Program-made: the position numbers and the translations under genes
The notes under the pieces: model-generated
The model's input: only the letters and a program-made list of their open reading frames with translations
Databases searched by the model: none
What the model was told of the DNA's origin: nothing
Part shown: in pieces, positions 13,598 to 24,960 of the stretch
Position numbering within the stretch: the first letter of the stretch is position 1
How the letters are laid out: every line of letters starts with the position of its first letter
NCBI GenBank assembly: GCA_002633005.1
Contig: NMRA01000423.1
Location: 137,294-201,293 of the forward strand
DNA length: 64,000 nucleotides
Origin: Phoronis australis
Lineage: Eukaryota > Animalia > Phoronida
Direction: 5' to 3'

Positions 13598-13656
13598 CCA
13601 TACACTACGAAACCAGGGAACGCTACCGTGCAAATAAGGAACAGCAATGCACTCAT
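13598..13656 (-). CDS. Signal-peptide exon of the TSP1/FBG protein
   Basis: MSALLFLICTVAFPGFVVYG, then gtaagg donor; phase 2 matches the acceptor at 13230. Confidence 0.65.
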
Positions 13657-16555
13657 CCTGTGTCAACTATAGCAGATGGAGTTTAGACTCTGCTACGCTA
13701 AAAGCAGCGTCCAGGTTTAAGTACACCTTCGATGGAATACAGGTTGGTGTGAATGTTTGTTGTTATAGCGTAACGTTTGCGTGAATTGGGTGTACGGAAA
13801 GTTTTCCAGTCAATATACATATGTATCTTGCTAAGAAACTATGACACCCAAATTTTCCAAATGATGCATGTGAGCTTAATTGGGTGAAAGAATATTTTTG
13901 GGGCAATCGTGGGAACAAAATGGTAACTGAATCTAATGAACGTGTCAAACGATATTTGTTTTGTTAAATGGGGTGGTTTTGCTTAGGGATCGTCTATACA
14001 TCTTGTAATTAACGCCATTTTAAAGTGGTAACTGAATGTTCGCTATTTTCAGATTCCCTCCTACACTCTGATTTCCACACACACATTTTCTAAAAAATGG
14101 TTACGTTGGCCTAAAATCCCTTTTCCCAGTGTAAAACGTTTGCACGTTTTTGAAAAGCTCGTGATCATTGACGATACTTTTTAATCAATGTGACTTCCTG
14201 CCTCCACGAAAAGATCGGCTTGTCTCGGACATTATGACTTTAATGCTCGTCCTTAAATGAATTCTCCTCTTTCGCGGAGGTACATGTAGAAAAACGCATT
14301 GCACGACTGGCAAACTTCAAAATATAAAAACAACACGCTGCACTTATATTTGCTCTTTTCGCCAATTTCTTAGTGAAAAAATTGTACCTCAAAATACAGT
14401 AGTATAAATTTGTCTGCATTAAAAAAAATCGAACACGTGTTAATTACGATAAGAGATACTAACTGGCGCATTTGCCTATGAAGAAACTGGACAAGTGTTT
14501 GACACATCTGTTCATAGCTCCATCTGTTGTGTTCTGGGTAAACACCTTAGAATGGGAAAACCAGGAGGGGTCTATTTTCTGACCTGAGGGGAATATCCGG
14601 ACTTTTAACCTGGCGTCAGCAAACATTGAACCTCAGCGGTATTTAAACTCTTTGCTAGTACGCAGAAAATTAATCCTGTTTGCAGCCTTTGGCTGAAATA
14701 AAATCGGACATTCGAAGAATTAGTTAATGTGATTAAAAGAAAATTAAATTAGGCAAACTAAAATTGTCCACACCTCGTCTGTGACCTAAGCCACTTTTCC
14801 CGCTGTGCTGTATAAAATCAAAACCCTGCCATTTGTGGTTGGCACGCGTTAAAATGCTGACCATAAGTGTGAACTCGCAAGGTGGAGGGTATTCCTGGAA
14901 ATTTGGGGTGTAAAATGGAATATCGGCTGTGAACATTGTGAGCAACAGAGAACAGGTGGCCAGTTCATAACTAAGTATTCTGGAAGTAGGATTTGAGCTT
15001 TGAGGCGCTTCAGTGTCGCAGACTGAAGTCTCCTGATACTGGCGGTTGATTAATAATTAAAAAGAATTTAAATGAAAAATCATGGCACATGGCTGTTTTT
15101 CTAGGCATCGATGACTGATTAACGCAAAAATTTTGGAAGTCTGTGGTTTGGTTGCGAAAAAATAAGCGAAACTCCGGAAACACGTACTGAAATTAACGTG
15201 AATTCAATCTTGAACGATCAGGAGGCAACGCTGTTTAATTTTTATTAAACCTTTCGTTTTTCTGTAGTTAATCAAAATACCTGTAAACCGGAGAAACCAC
15301 GGTTTGCATGTTTGCGATCTAATTGGCAATTGGATTTCTGTTCTTTTCCCGTCAACAAAATGTGTCCGATTAATACTGTCTGATCGGTGGACGAGCTTAT
15401 CCCTGTGACATTCAAGGAAAGACAGTTACTATATTTACACGATTGCGTTTTACAGCAAAATATTTTTAGATCGTATACATACCGGCTCAGACCAATATCC
15501 CGATCACAGTCTTCAAAAAACGCAAAAACTAGAAGGAAATTTGCATCTTTTTCCACTCTGCCAAACAGAATATTGTGCATTAGTCAAAACACTTCAAAAC
15601 ATTTCTTATGTCCACACGATCATACATGTATGTTATCGCATAGTTTAGGCCCCTGTTTTCTTTGTAAACAATGTCGTGGTCCCAAAAATGTCGTCAAAAT
15701 ATGGGACAGAAAATTCATAAGTTATAAGATGTACATGTAATTCATTGTCTCCGTTCTATAAGCAAAAATTTCACGTTGGAAATGCAGTGGCCAATGTCTC
15801 CCTACAATCTGACACAGTGCCACCTATACTGAAAAGTGGCCCCGTGGAAACATGATCAGCGACACACGAAATCCGTGTGTGTGCATCAATGCGCATGCTT
15901 GGTCGGAAGTTTACCCATCACATCGCCACCACTTGCACACGCCTTCTATGCACAGAACTTGTTTGGGCATAAGCCACTGGATCGGGGGTTTGCTTGATCT
16001 TGTTTACTTCGATCACAGCCCGTTTTAATAAATTACAACTATTCAAGTCAAAGGTAGTCGCCAAACTACGTAACATGAAAGGTTATAGATCGGTCTTTTG
16101 TGTTGTTATGCAACAAAATGGAGATTCTCATCTCGCCGGTTTTTTGTTAGTATGAAAACTCGCAATTCATCGGATATGTTGTTTGTGATTGCTGATGTGT
16201 ACCTTTACACGTGTATGTCCAAATCACTGAGTTATCTCAAGTTCCGTTATCGGTGTGACCTTTATAACATATTCCAGTGTGACCAGTCAGTCATCCCGGA
16301 TAACGTGTCATAAACAAGCCGGTGTTGGGAATTCATGCAACTGGATCGTGTTGTCGTATGCACCGGCTCTACGAAAGTCCTTACGGTCTTGACCATCGTC
16401 TATTGGACATGACAGTCCCTGTCCACTTCACCGCTTTGAAGTTCAACGTAGAAAATGGCATTCGTGAATATTCTTTTCTACGGAATGAATAGAAGTAGCG
16501 GGATCGTCTGAATGCTTAAAGACTATAACAGGAGTTAATTATCCCGTAAAGAGAA

Positions 16556-16612
16556 ATGGTTCTCTGTCAGAGTTTTGGAATGATCGTCGTGTGGTTTGGT
16601 GCTTCTATTCAG
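16556..16612 (+). CDS. TNFR/p75-like receptor, putative signal-peptide exon
   Basis: MVLCQSFGMIVVWFGASIQ, then CAG|gtatgc; in-frame stop upstream; phase 0 fits the next exon. Confidence 0.6.
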
Positions 16613-16989
16613 GTATGCCGCTACTTTTAAGTTGGGACTAACGAGGACCGTAGAGAGTGGTGGTTTGCGCTTAATGATACCTTGAGGTAATGGAAACAGT
16701 TCAATAACTGTCAGTAAAAGTCAAGAATGTTGCCGTATATGGCCGACAAATAGATAAAAGTAGTAGATTATAACTCTCTGAATTGGGCCGACAGAGCTGA
16801 CTGTCTTTACAATCTGATCTCAGCTCGCCTCCCCGCAGTGGTAGGTCAGTGAACGTCTATACAATGATGATGGTCACAATACTCACAGACTGCATTAGGT
16901 CATATTCCATTGTAGGTGACGTATAAATCAGTACATATTCCCACTAGCCCGTAGCCAGCATTCATTGAGCGAGAGGTCGACACTATAAA

Positions 16990-17610
16990 GAACGGGACTC
17001 GAATTCGGACTTAATGTTGTCCAGAAAGAGGTTCTCGAGTTACCTCCTGCCAAACTTTCAAATCAGGCTTGTTTGAATGAGTGATTACACCTCGTTACAT
17101 ACTCAGGCGGAAATATTTTGTCTGGGTTGTGTTTTTGCGTGTTACGTAAGGTGCTTACAAGTACATCACTGGAAATGGGAACATCCCACTATTCCGAAGG
17201 TTCATTACTTCGAAAGTTCACTATTCCGAAGGTTCACTTAGCGAAGGTTCTCTAGTTCGAAGGATTTACTACACGTCCGATTAAAGTTCGCTACTCCGAA
17301 AATATCAAAAATTTTGGATGAGGTGTAATTTTTATACTTTAACATTCAAAACTAAACGATACTTCGGTTATTAGATGCACTGAGTGGTTTGCATATAGCG
17401 AAAACAACGCCCAGGTACTAAAACCAATTGTTTAGATTTCATGCCCGCATGTCTTACGAATAGGGAAAACGAGTTCGCATTTGCATTTGTAAACGAATAC
17501 GAAGTAGGAATATTCATGAATCATGAACCGCGATACAATTATAAACGCATGTCTAGATCGCACCATTTCACAGTGCGCACACGGCGGCCGGTTCGAAACT
17601 AAATGTACCC
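16990..17610 (+). repeat. Dispersed repeat with a second copy at about 36096-36735
   Basis: Shared ttacctcctgccaaa..ttcaaatc..aatgagtgattacac and internal ggttcacta.tccgaa tandem units. Confidence 0.7.
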
Positions 17611-18156
17611 TCTGACACAGCGCCACCTATACTGAAAAGTGGCTCTGTGGAACACCTGGTGGCTAACATATCAGTTTAGGCTAACTTTTTACAACTTTTA
17701 AATTCAAATTCTTACTAAAACGTGCAAGTGTATTTTTGGAAACGTTTTTGAAATTGACTTTTGAACATCTGTAGATGGGTTTAATGCAAAGTTCCCGTTG
17801 CCCCCCAAAAGTAGCCACGAGGTGAAAGATAGGAGAGCTGGGGACTATGGCCTATAAATTTCAGCGGAGGTTTCGTGAATTTTTTTGAAAAGCGGTACAA
17901 AAGGCGCGCGAGTAAGGGTAAGCAAAATTTGAAACAACAAAGAATGAATAAAAAATGTTGCATCATTTTGCTCGTGTGTGTTTTTTTCTTTTTTGAAAAA
18001 AGTGAGTAACTACCGCACCACAAATTATATTAAACAAAAAACACAGACCAGCGGTCAACAATGCTTTTGGATTACACAACAACTCATACACCTGTTTCAA
18101 CATAATGGATCACGCCACAGTTGAAATTAACTGACATATCATATTACATTTTACAG

Positions 18157-18526
18157 GTTATAACGTCAATAAACCCATGTACCTCATGTCCGCCGGGAGA
18201 GGGCGTAGGAACGCAATGCAAATCAGCTTCGTCATTCGTGGATACGGTTTGCATCCCTTGTGTTTCTGGTCTGACATTCTCCAGCGACAATTCAGCGGTA
18301 GATAAGTGCAGCAAGTGTTCTTCGTGCAACATTGGATATTTTCCATTAAAACCGTGCACCGTATATCACGACGTTGTGTGTGTTCCATGTCTCTCGGCTT
18401 ACCAACAGTATGACCTTAAAGAGGAGCACAGCAAGTACTGTGGCCAAGATCCAGAGTACAACGTGTATATTTCAGGAGCAGCTTCAGTACGCGAACAAAG
18501 TGAAGCTGGCGACAGCAGAAACAATT
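18157..18526 (+). CDS. TNFR-superfamily (p75NTR/NGFR-like) cysteine-rich ectodomain exon
   Basis: CTSCPPGEGVGTQC..DTVCIPCVSGLTFSS..SAVDKCSKCSSC..PCTVYHDVVC matches NGFR CRD1-2 spacing; ttacag acceptor, gtgagt donor. Confidence 0.9.
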
Positions 18527-20173
18527 GTGAGTTGCATCTTTGCAGATTCCACCTCGTGTATAGGCCTATATATGCAAAATGTAATCATATTTCGCGCGTC
18601 AGTCTGGAGCAATTCCGGAGGTTGATATTACCAGGGCGCTGCAATCGTGTATCCTATGCATTGTGGGACGGTTATCCACGCCATTCTATCACGCTGAAAT
18701 TAAATACTTCAATACTATTAAAGCGCAAATTAACAATCAGGTTACACTTCCCCAAGCTATATGTGGTGTCATCCGATGTTTTCCAGCCGACAATTGTCGC
18801 CCACCATACGTTTGGAAAACAACATCAGAGCCATACAGAATGCAGATGAAATCCTCTGAATTCCTCTGCGATCCATGATTCTTATGATTTGATAGACTTC
18901 CGTAAATCTGCAGGAAATCCCGGACTATCCAAAGCGAAATTTTAATTACGCGTAATTTGCCTGTCATGCTTCATGCGCTTGGGGATTGTTAAACTGGATA
19001 AAATATCAATAACAGTTAATGTATTTTGAAATATTTCCTATTGGGTGTATGCGTTTTTGGTTTGGTTAGAAATGAACATGAGGGACTTGAACCAACTTTC
19101 CGGTAGCGAAATACCACACCGGAGTGTGGCCCTCTTTCCGGCACGTCCCAGGGCTCGAAGTTCAGTTCTGTAATAAAATCAAATCTCATAACAGGCTATC
19201 GATTACAAACATTTTTGCGTTTATAATACAATCAAATTCATGAACTTTTCTAAACGACTAATGGAACATGACGGAACGAATGCGACTGAATATTTTATTC
19301 CTCTCCATTTATCGGAGGACCTGGGCCCGCGGTATAATCTTTGTATTGAAAACCGAACTCGACATTTTCCTTTCTATACTTTAGTGAAAATTCAATTGTC
19401 TACGCTATGGCCCCAGTCTCAGTTGGAAATTGAACTCGAAATTTCGAGGTTTTACGTTAAATTTCGAGTTTTTACTCGGATTTGTTGCTCGAATCTAGGG
19501 GTCATCACGTGCAAACCTGCACCAGGAATCCATACACTTATACTTGTGCCCCAACTCAGAATAACTAAACAACCTTGAGTTCGCACAAAAGTATAATAGA
19601 AAATGCGAAAAATAATTTTGAGTTCGATTTCGGGGCCTTGGATTATGCTGTCTCAAAGGTTATGTGGGACCCAAGAAAATGTCCAACTATTGGCTAATCT
19701 TCGGAACATCGTATCATAGGAATGGTTGATCGTATTTATATGAAACTCACAGCTACAATGTACTATGCCTAGTGCTGTGATGAGCTTGTAGGAAGTATCC
19801 TTGGAATTCTATTCTTTTGCATGAGGGGCTATGAATATATGATCTTTCTGTTTTTTATGAAAAAAATCAAAAATTGCATAAAACGAAAACGAAATGATTA
19901 AAAAAAAAACGTAAGAGCGTTTTTTGAGATTTCATTTTGGATATTTATATGAAATGAAATTTGTTCACATTATTGGTATCGTTGTTTTGCTATCAATGTA
20001 CCTTTATTTATTTGCTAGATTTTACCAAAAAGACACGGTCACGTGAGCCTATTAAAAAGTAAATAATCAAATTCTACAGGCTTTCCACGTTCAGAAGATA
20101 TAATATCCTTTTACTGGATTTAAAAACAATTCAGTGTAGATATTTTGCTCAATACATAGACATGACAATAAGC

Positions 20174-20342
20174 TTCATACATTATGCGTATCATTGTGTC
20201 ATACATTATGCGTATCATTGTGTCATACATTATGCGTATCATTGTGTCATACATTATGCGTATCATTGTGTCATACATTATGCGTATCATTGTGTCATAC
20301 ATTATGCGTATCATTGTGTCATACATTATGCGTATCATTGTG
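20174..20342. repeat. 24-bp minisatellite, 7 perfect copies
   Basis: (tcatacattatgcgtatcattgtg)7. Confidence 0.97.
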
Positions 20343-20375
20343 ACACTGATTTGTTTCTATTGCCGCCTGTATTAG

Positions 20376-20443
20376 TGACACAAAGAGGGAGCAGGGGAAC
20401 CAAGGACGGTGAAAGCCTTGCTTCTCAAGAAGAGTCCTCGGGG
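20376..20443 (+). CDS. TNFR-like receptor, stalk exon
   Basis: LTQRGSRGTKDGESLASQEESSG; tag acceptor, gtaagt donor; phase 1->0 bridges the neighbouring exons. Confidence 0.7.
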
Positions 20444-20898
20444 GTAAGTAAACACTGAACATTGACTTTATAATTGATAAAATTAAAAGGATTTGCTTAC
20501 GATACGTGTTGAAATAAAATCTAGTATCCGTATCTTTCGCAGTTTTCGCTAAATGTCAAGTTTGGTGGCTTCGACGCAGTTTACACAGCTTTGGAGATTT
20601 TCAATGAATGGGAAATATTCTGAATAAGAACTCTTTAGCGTTGCAAGAACACACCAGCGTTTTTTGTTTGATCCAATTTCTGGTTCTGGTGTACAAGATG
20701 GACCGAGTTGACAGGGATGACGCATCTCCTTTCATTCATGGACGAGATATTGGACATTCACTTGTGCCAGTCTTTTTAAACATCCTACCGCTCAACGGTG
20801 GCAATTTGATGACACGCTGGTCACAAACGTTGGAAAATTATGCGTCTGTAAAACGCTTTTAACCACCTACGTCCTTTCGAAGCGCCCTCTGAGCCAAG

Positions 20899-21269
20899 GG
20901 GCCGGGTTCTAATCTTTGTACTCGAAATTAATCTCGAGATTATTGTTGACAATTTTGTTTTACTTTTGTGTGATGTGAACTCAGGATAAGTGTCTGCCCA
21001 CAAGCGTGCATGCATATCACGTTTATGCTGATGAGCACTAGTCCAAAATTACACTTGATAACTCCTCGATCTGAGCTACAAACTCGAATAAAAACTCGAC
21101 ATTTCGAACAAAAACTCGAAATTTACAATTCAGACTCGAAACTGTAGCATTAATACTGGGGTCATCACGTACAAGCCCGGGTTAGTCAGTCGACATCAAA
21201 GCCTTAGTATACTCAGCACAAAAGTAGCACGAAATTCGATTTCGAGTACAAAGATTAGATCTCGTGCCC
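20899..21269. mobile_element. MITE (Harbinger-like termini); relatives at about 19323-19640 and 27270-27653
   Basis: TIR gggccgggttctaatctttgtactcgaaat / atttcgagtacaaagattagatctcgtgccc; internal aaaactcgaaattt repeats. Confidence 0.75.
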
Positions 21270-21759
21270 AGAGTAGCGCTGCAAAGGTGCAACGCCATGA
21301 CACCACAAAATTAGGGTGTGGAACGCCACCTTGCGTGCCCAAGTTAATCTTGCTCTGTGAACACCACTCATGGTGTCTTGAGCGTTTCCGGTCTGGCCCT
21401 CTCACCAAGCAGCAGCTGCTGCTGCGCCACGACAATGAGCGGACTTTACGCAGCGGAAAGGGCAACAATTATGTAAAAATAAAATTACTATTTTCTATAT
21501 TCAGTGCTATTTGATAAATTCAATCTTATTTAAAATAAACTTCAATCCTGTTTTGAATATTCAACCCAATCGTATAAATTCAATTCTATGTTGTAAATCC
21601 AATACAATTTTAGCACTTTAACTTAAGAATTAATTTTACATATAATTAATAACATCGCGTTGCTTACAGTAACTACCATAGCAACTAGTGCGTAAAAACT
21701 CGCGTGTTAAGTTTTCCGAAGAATGTTAATATTTTAATAACCACATTTTGCTGTTTTAG

Positions 21760-21885
21760 GAATCAGGTGAAGGCAACCCAACATTTACCATAATAATTGC
21801 GTCCATGGGCAGTTTCCTCGTCGTCATTTGTGTTGCTGTCATTGTTCATAACAAGCGAAAAACAATAGTTCGTCGTTGTAACAAG
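21760..21885 (+). CDS. TNFR-like receptor, transmembrane exon
   Basis: ESGEGNPTFTIIIASMGSFLVVICVAVIVHNKRKTIVRRCNK: hydrophobic span followed by a basic stop-transfer; ttttag acceptor, gtgggt donor. Confidence 0.85.
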
Positions 21886-22580
21886 GTGGGTGTCTTTGCA
21901 TAATGGGTTAGATTTGCTATGCGCATGGACATCGCGGAATAATGTTACCCTAAAATTATAGACGAACCACATAAGCTTTCACTTTTCAGTAGATGAACAA
22001 CATATGCCTCTGTGTCTGTAGCGCGTGTAGCGACATCTGACGTCCCAGATGCTTGAATGAAAAATGGCATTAAAATGACCGGCAGCGCAAAATCGTCCTG
22101 TAAAGGAAATCTTTGGACTTTCTCATTAGCCAATCACAAGACAGACATATCTGTGGGATATGAGATGTTTGTTAGAATTGAGTGTAGTTTTAGCTTTTAG
22201 AAATGATGAATGAAACATATAGGTCTATTTTTGATTTAGCAAAGATAACGATTTTAAGAAAAAAATCACGGTTTTGTATTTGCAAGCTTTCTTTCCATCT
22301 GTGTAGTACCAGTACGCTTCGTCTGGGATAAAATCTATTAATTCACAGGATGTCGTACAGGGTGTATGTGAAGAATTCTTTGATTGAGAGATAGTGATGA
22401 TTAGTTCAAAGGCAACCATGTGTGCCTTAAGTCGATCTGGGTCACAAATTAAAGTTACCTTTATTTATTTACCTTGTTATACTGTAAATGCATTGAAATC
22501 GCAATGAACAGTCGGGCTTGAATTATAGAAGTGATTTTAACCTTTTTAATTCTTGTGAAGTTTTGCTCTATCTTTAATAG

Positions 22581-23021
22581 CGGGCCAGGTCACGACAAGG
22601 TCACTCTTACACAAACACTAAGCACGTGGAACTGAAACGACTCAACAATCACGGTCACAAGTCCAGGCAGACAAGCGTCCCAAGACGAGAACTGATCATA
22701 CCGACAATCGTAATCACAGATCTCGACGGGCCTGTAAGACCACCGAGTTGGATGGAAGAAGAGGCGGGCCTATCCAAAAGTGAGTCTTCGACAACAGAGG
22801 TCGCTATTGTGGAAAATGGCGAAGACAGTGAGAGGATCGTATGGGATGGAAGTAGTGTGTCTGTATGTGACAACGCGTCGTTCACAAACGAAGAAGAGTC
22901 AGACGATATTTTGAATGAAGCCGTGACACGTTTAAGCCAATGCAATATCTATAGGACAGATGACATGACGAACGAAGAAGAAACAAAATCTTTACTTGAC
23001 GAAAAAGTTCAAATTGAATAA
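22581..23021 (+). CDS. TNFR-like receptor, cytoplasmic-tail exon (no death domain)
   Basis: aatag acceptor in frame with ORF 22626-23021; basic then acidic/Ser-rich tail containing PTIVIT, TNEE x2 and ETKSLL; TAA stop. Confidence 0.8.
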   Translation, partial: RARSRQGHSYTNTKHVELKRLNNHGHKSRQTSVPRRELIIPTIVITDLDGPVRPPSWMEEEAGLSKSESSTTEVAIVENGEDSERIVWDGSSVSVCDNASFTNEEESDDILNEAVTRLSQCNIYRTDDMTNEEETKSLLDEKVQIE

Positions 23022-23449
23022 TGCATAGACTATTTCCAAATATATAAAAATATTACTGCTAATACACTGTATCATACTGGTTTATATAACCCATTTCACG
23101 TTGCAAAATGCTGTCGGTCTCGCCACCTAGTGAATCAGGCACGAGAATTATTCGAAATACCAAGAAAAATGGAGCTTGCTGTGACAACTTGGTAGACTCG
23201 GCCGTACGCTGTGACTCCTTTTATTTCCCACAAAGTTGTTCAAGAAACTTGAGTACGTGGACATGAAACACTGCCGCTGGGTACGTCCATAGATTACACC
23301 CATGTCGAAGGAGATATGAAACTTTCAATTGAAGTCTCTTTTCTTCTATTTTCTCCTTTAATCGATATTCAATTCACGAATGTGATATGCAGTGCTATAG
23401 GACGTCTAATGATGGTGACAACTTATGTAGGTACTTGACAAAACAAGGA

Positions 23450-24960
23450 AATGGCGGTTTTAAGCACTTTAATAGAAGCCTGTTTGCCAAATTTTATGAA
23501 AAGCAGTGACGGATCTCCGAAGATACACAGACAATGAAAATCGGAGTTCAAGGTGATTTATTAAGAACTTTACAATCAATGTATAGCCAACTTCGGACGT
23601 GTGTGAGAACGCAAGGATAGGTTGTTTGTTAAGCCCTCTTTTGTTTACGTTGTATTTGAATGAATTTGTGGAATGTATCCACTCTAGAAATGACGATGGT
23701 ATTTTTCTAAGTCAAAATGTCTCTGATGTGAAAGTATTGTTGCATGCCGATGATATGGCCTTGTGTGCTTACTCTCCAGTTAAGTGCAGAAACTACTGCT
23801 ATGCCTGGTGTGATTCAAATAAGTTTCGCCAAGAATGGGGCATGTCCGTTAATTTAGTAAAGACCAAAGTTAAGTTGTTTAGAAACGGAGATCCCCTAAA
23901 AAGTTGCAAGAGGTGGTATTTTGGAGGTGAAATACTCGAAGCGGTTTTGCAGTTACAGTTATCTGGGTGTTGTGTTCACGCCGAAGTTATTGTGGATTAT
24001 GGCCTCTCAGACCCTGGCCCGGTCTCCAATCTCCGTACTCAGACTCATACTCATACTCGAGATTTCATACTCAAAATCGTGCTCACTGGAGTCGTACTCA
24101 AAAAAGCGTATCTAATGTCGTATTTCGAGTAGACTCCAAACGTACTCAAATCTGACACTCATACTCGAGTTGCTATGGAACTCTTTATGATGTGAAATGC
24201 AAAATCACGCAAAGCCGCGCTGATTCATCGCTCCCTATTGGAATAGACCACCCNCGAGTACAGATTTTTCGAGTATGACATTGAATACACCAAAGCTGAG
24301 TCTGTACTCGAGTTGAGTATGAAGTGTGAGTTTGAGCATGATTCGAGTCTGAGTACGGAGATTGGAGACCGGGCCCCTGTCAGCCCAAGCCACGAAAGTT
24401 GCCATTACAATCGACAATCTACAAAGAAGCTTGACCATGTTTCAAATGCGTGTGGCTTTTGAGATATTTGATAAAATGAATACTTCTATATTTATCTCAT
24501 TGGTTTACCCTACCTTGTGCTATGGAGCCGAAATAAGGGGCTTACAAGAATACAACTGGTTAGAAAAAGTGCATATTATACATGTACATGTATTTTGTAA
24601 GCTTGTCACACTCAGTTTGTATGACTTAAATCAAAATGGTCGGCACTCCCGAAATTGGGCCATATAAGTTTATATATTGTCAAATTATGGATTCCAAAAT
24701 GTTTGGTAAATCAAGCAGTTGTGTGTGAAAATACTTTTCTGCTAATTTTTTAGACAGCGAATAAGGGATGGTTACTTGCAAGGATGGAGACATAGTGTTG
24801 AGAGTAACCCTAAACTGTGTTGGGTTTTATTATCAATTTAAAGAGGAATTCAAATTGGAAAAAATAAATTTGAATATACCCCGTGTACAAATTATGACCA
24901 TGGCACGTTTTTATTGTTCCAGCCACAGTCTCATGATTGAAGCTAGTTGAATACGAGTAT
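23450..24960 (+). mobile_element. Degenerate non-LTR retrotransposon (LINE) reverse-transcriptase fragment
   Basis: GCLLSPLLFTLYLNE..LLHADDMAL..VNLVKTKV..YLGVVF..PTLCYGAEI..RFYCSSHSLMIE, with frameshifts; interrupted by a MITE. Confidence 0.85.
24017..24375. mobile_element. MITE nested in the LINE; inverted copy at about 56497-57190
   Basis: 30-bp TIR gcccggtctccaatctccgtactcagactc / gagtctgagtacggagattggagaccgggc; (cc)ctg on both flanks; tactc(g/a)-rich interior. Confidence 0.85.

Noticed and set aside
18527-18849. C-terminal half of the 242-aa ORF 18121-18849
   Set aside because: Read-through past the gtgagt donor at 18527; the spliced path gives a TM segment and tail instead
20120-20375. 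Repetitive ORFs and CRISPR-like periodicity
   Set aside because: Head-to-tail 24-bp units with no spacers and no cas genes; a eukaryotic minisatellite
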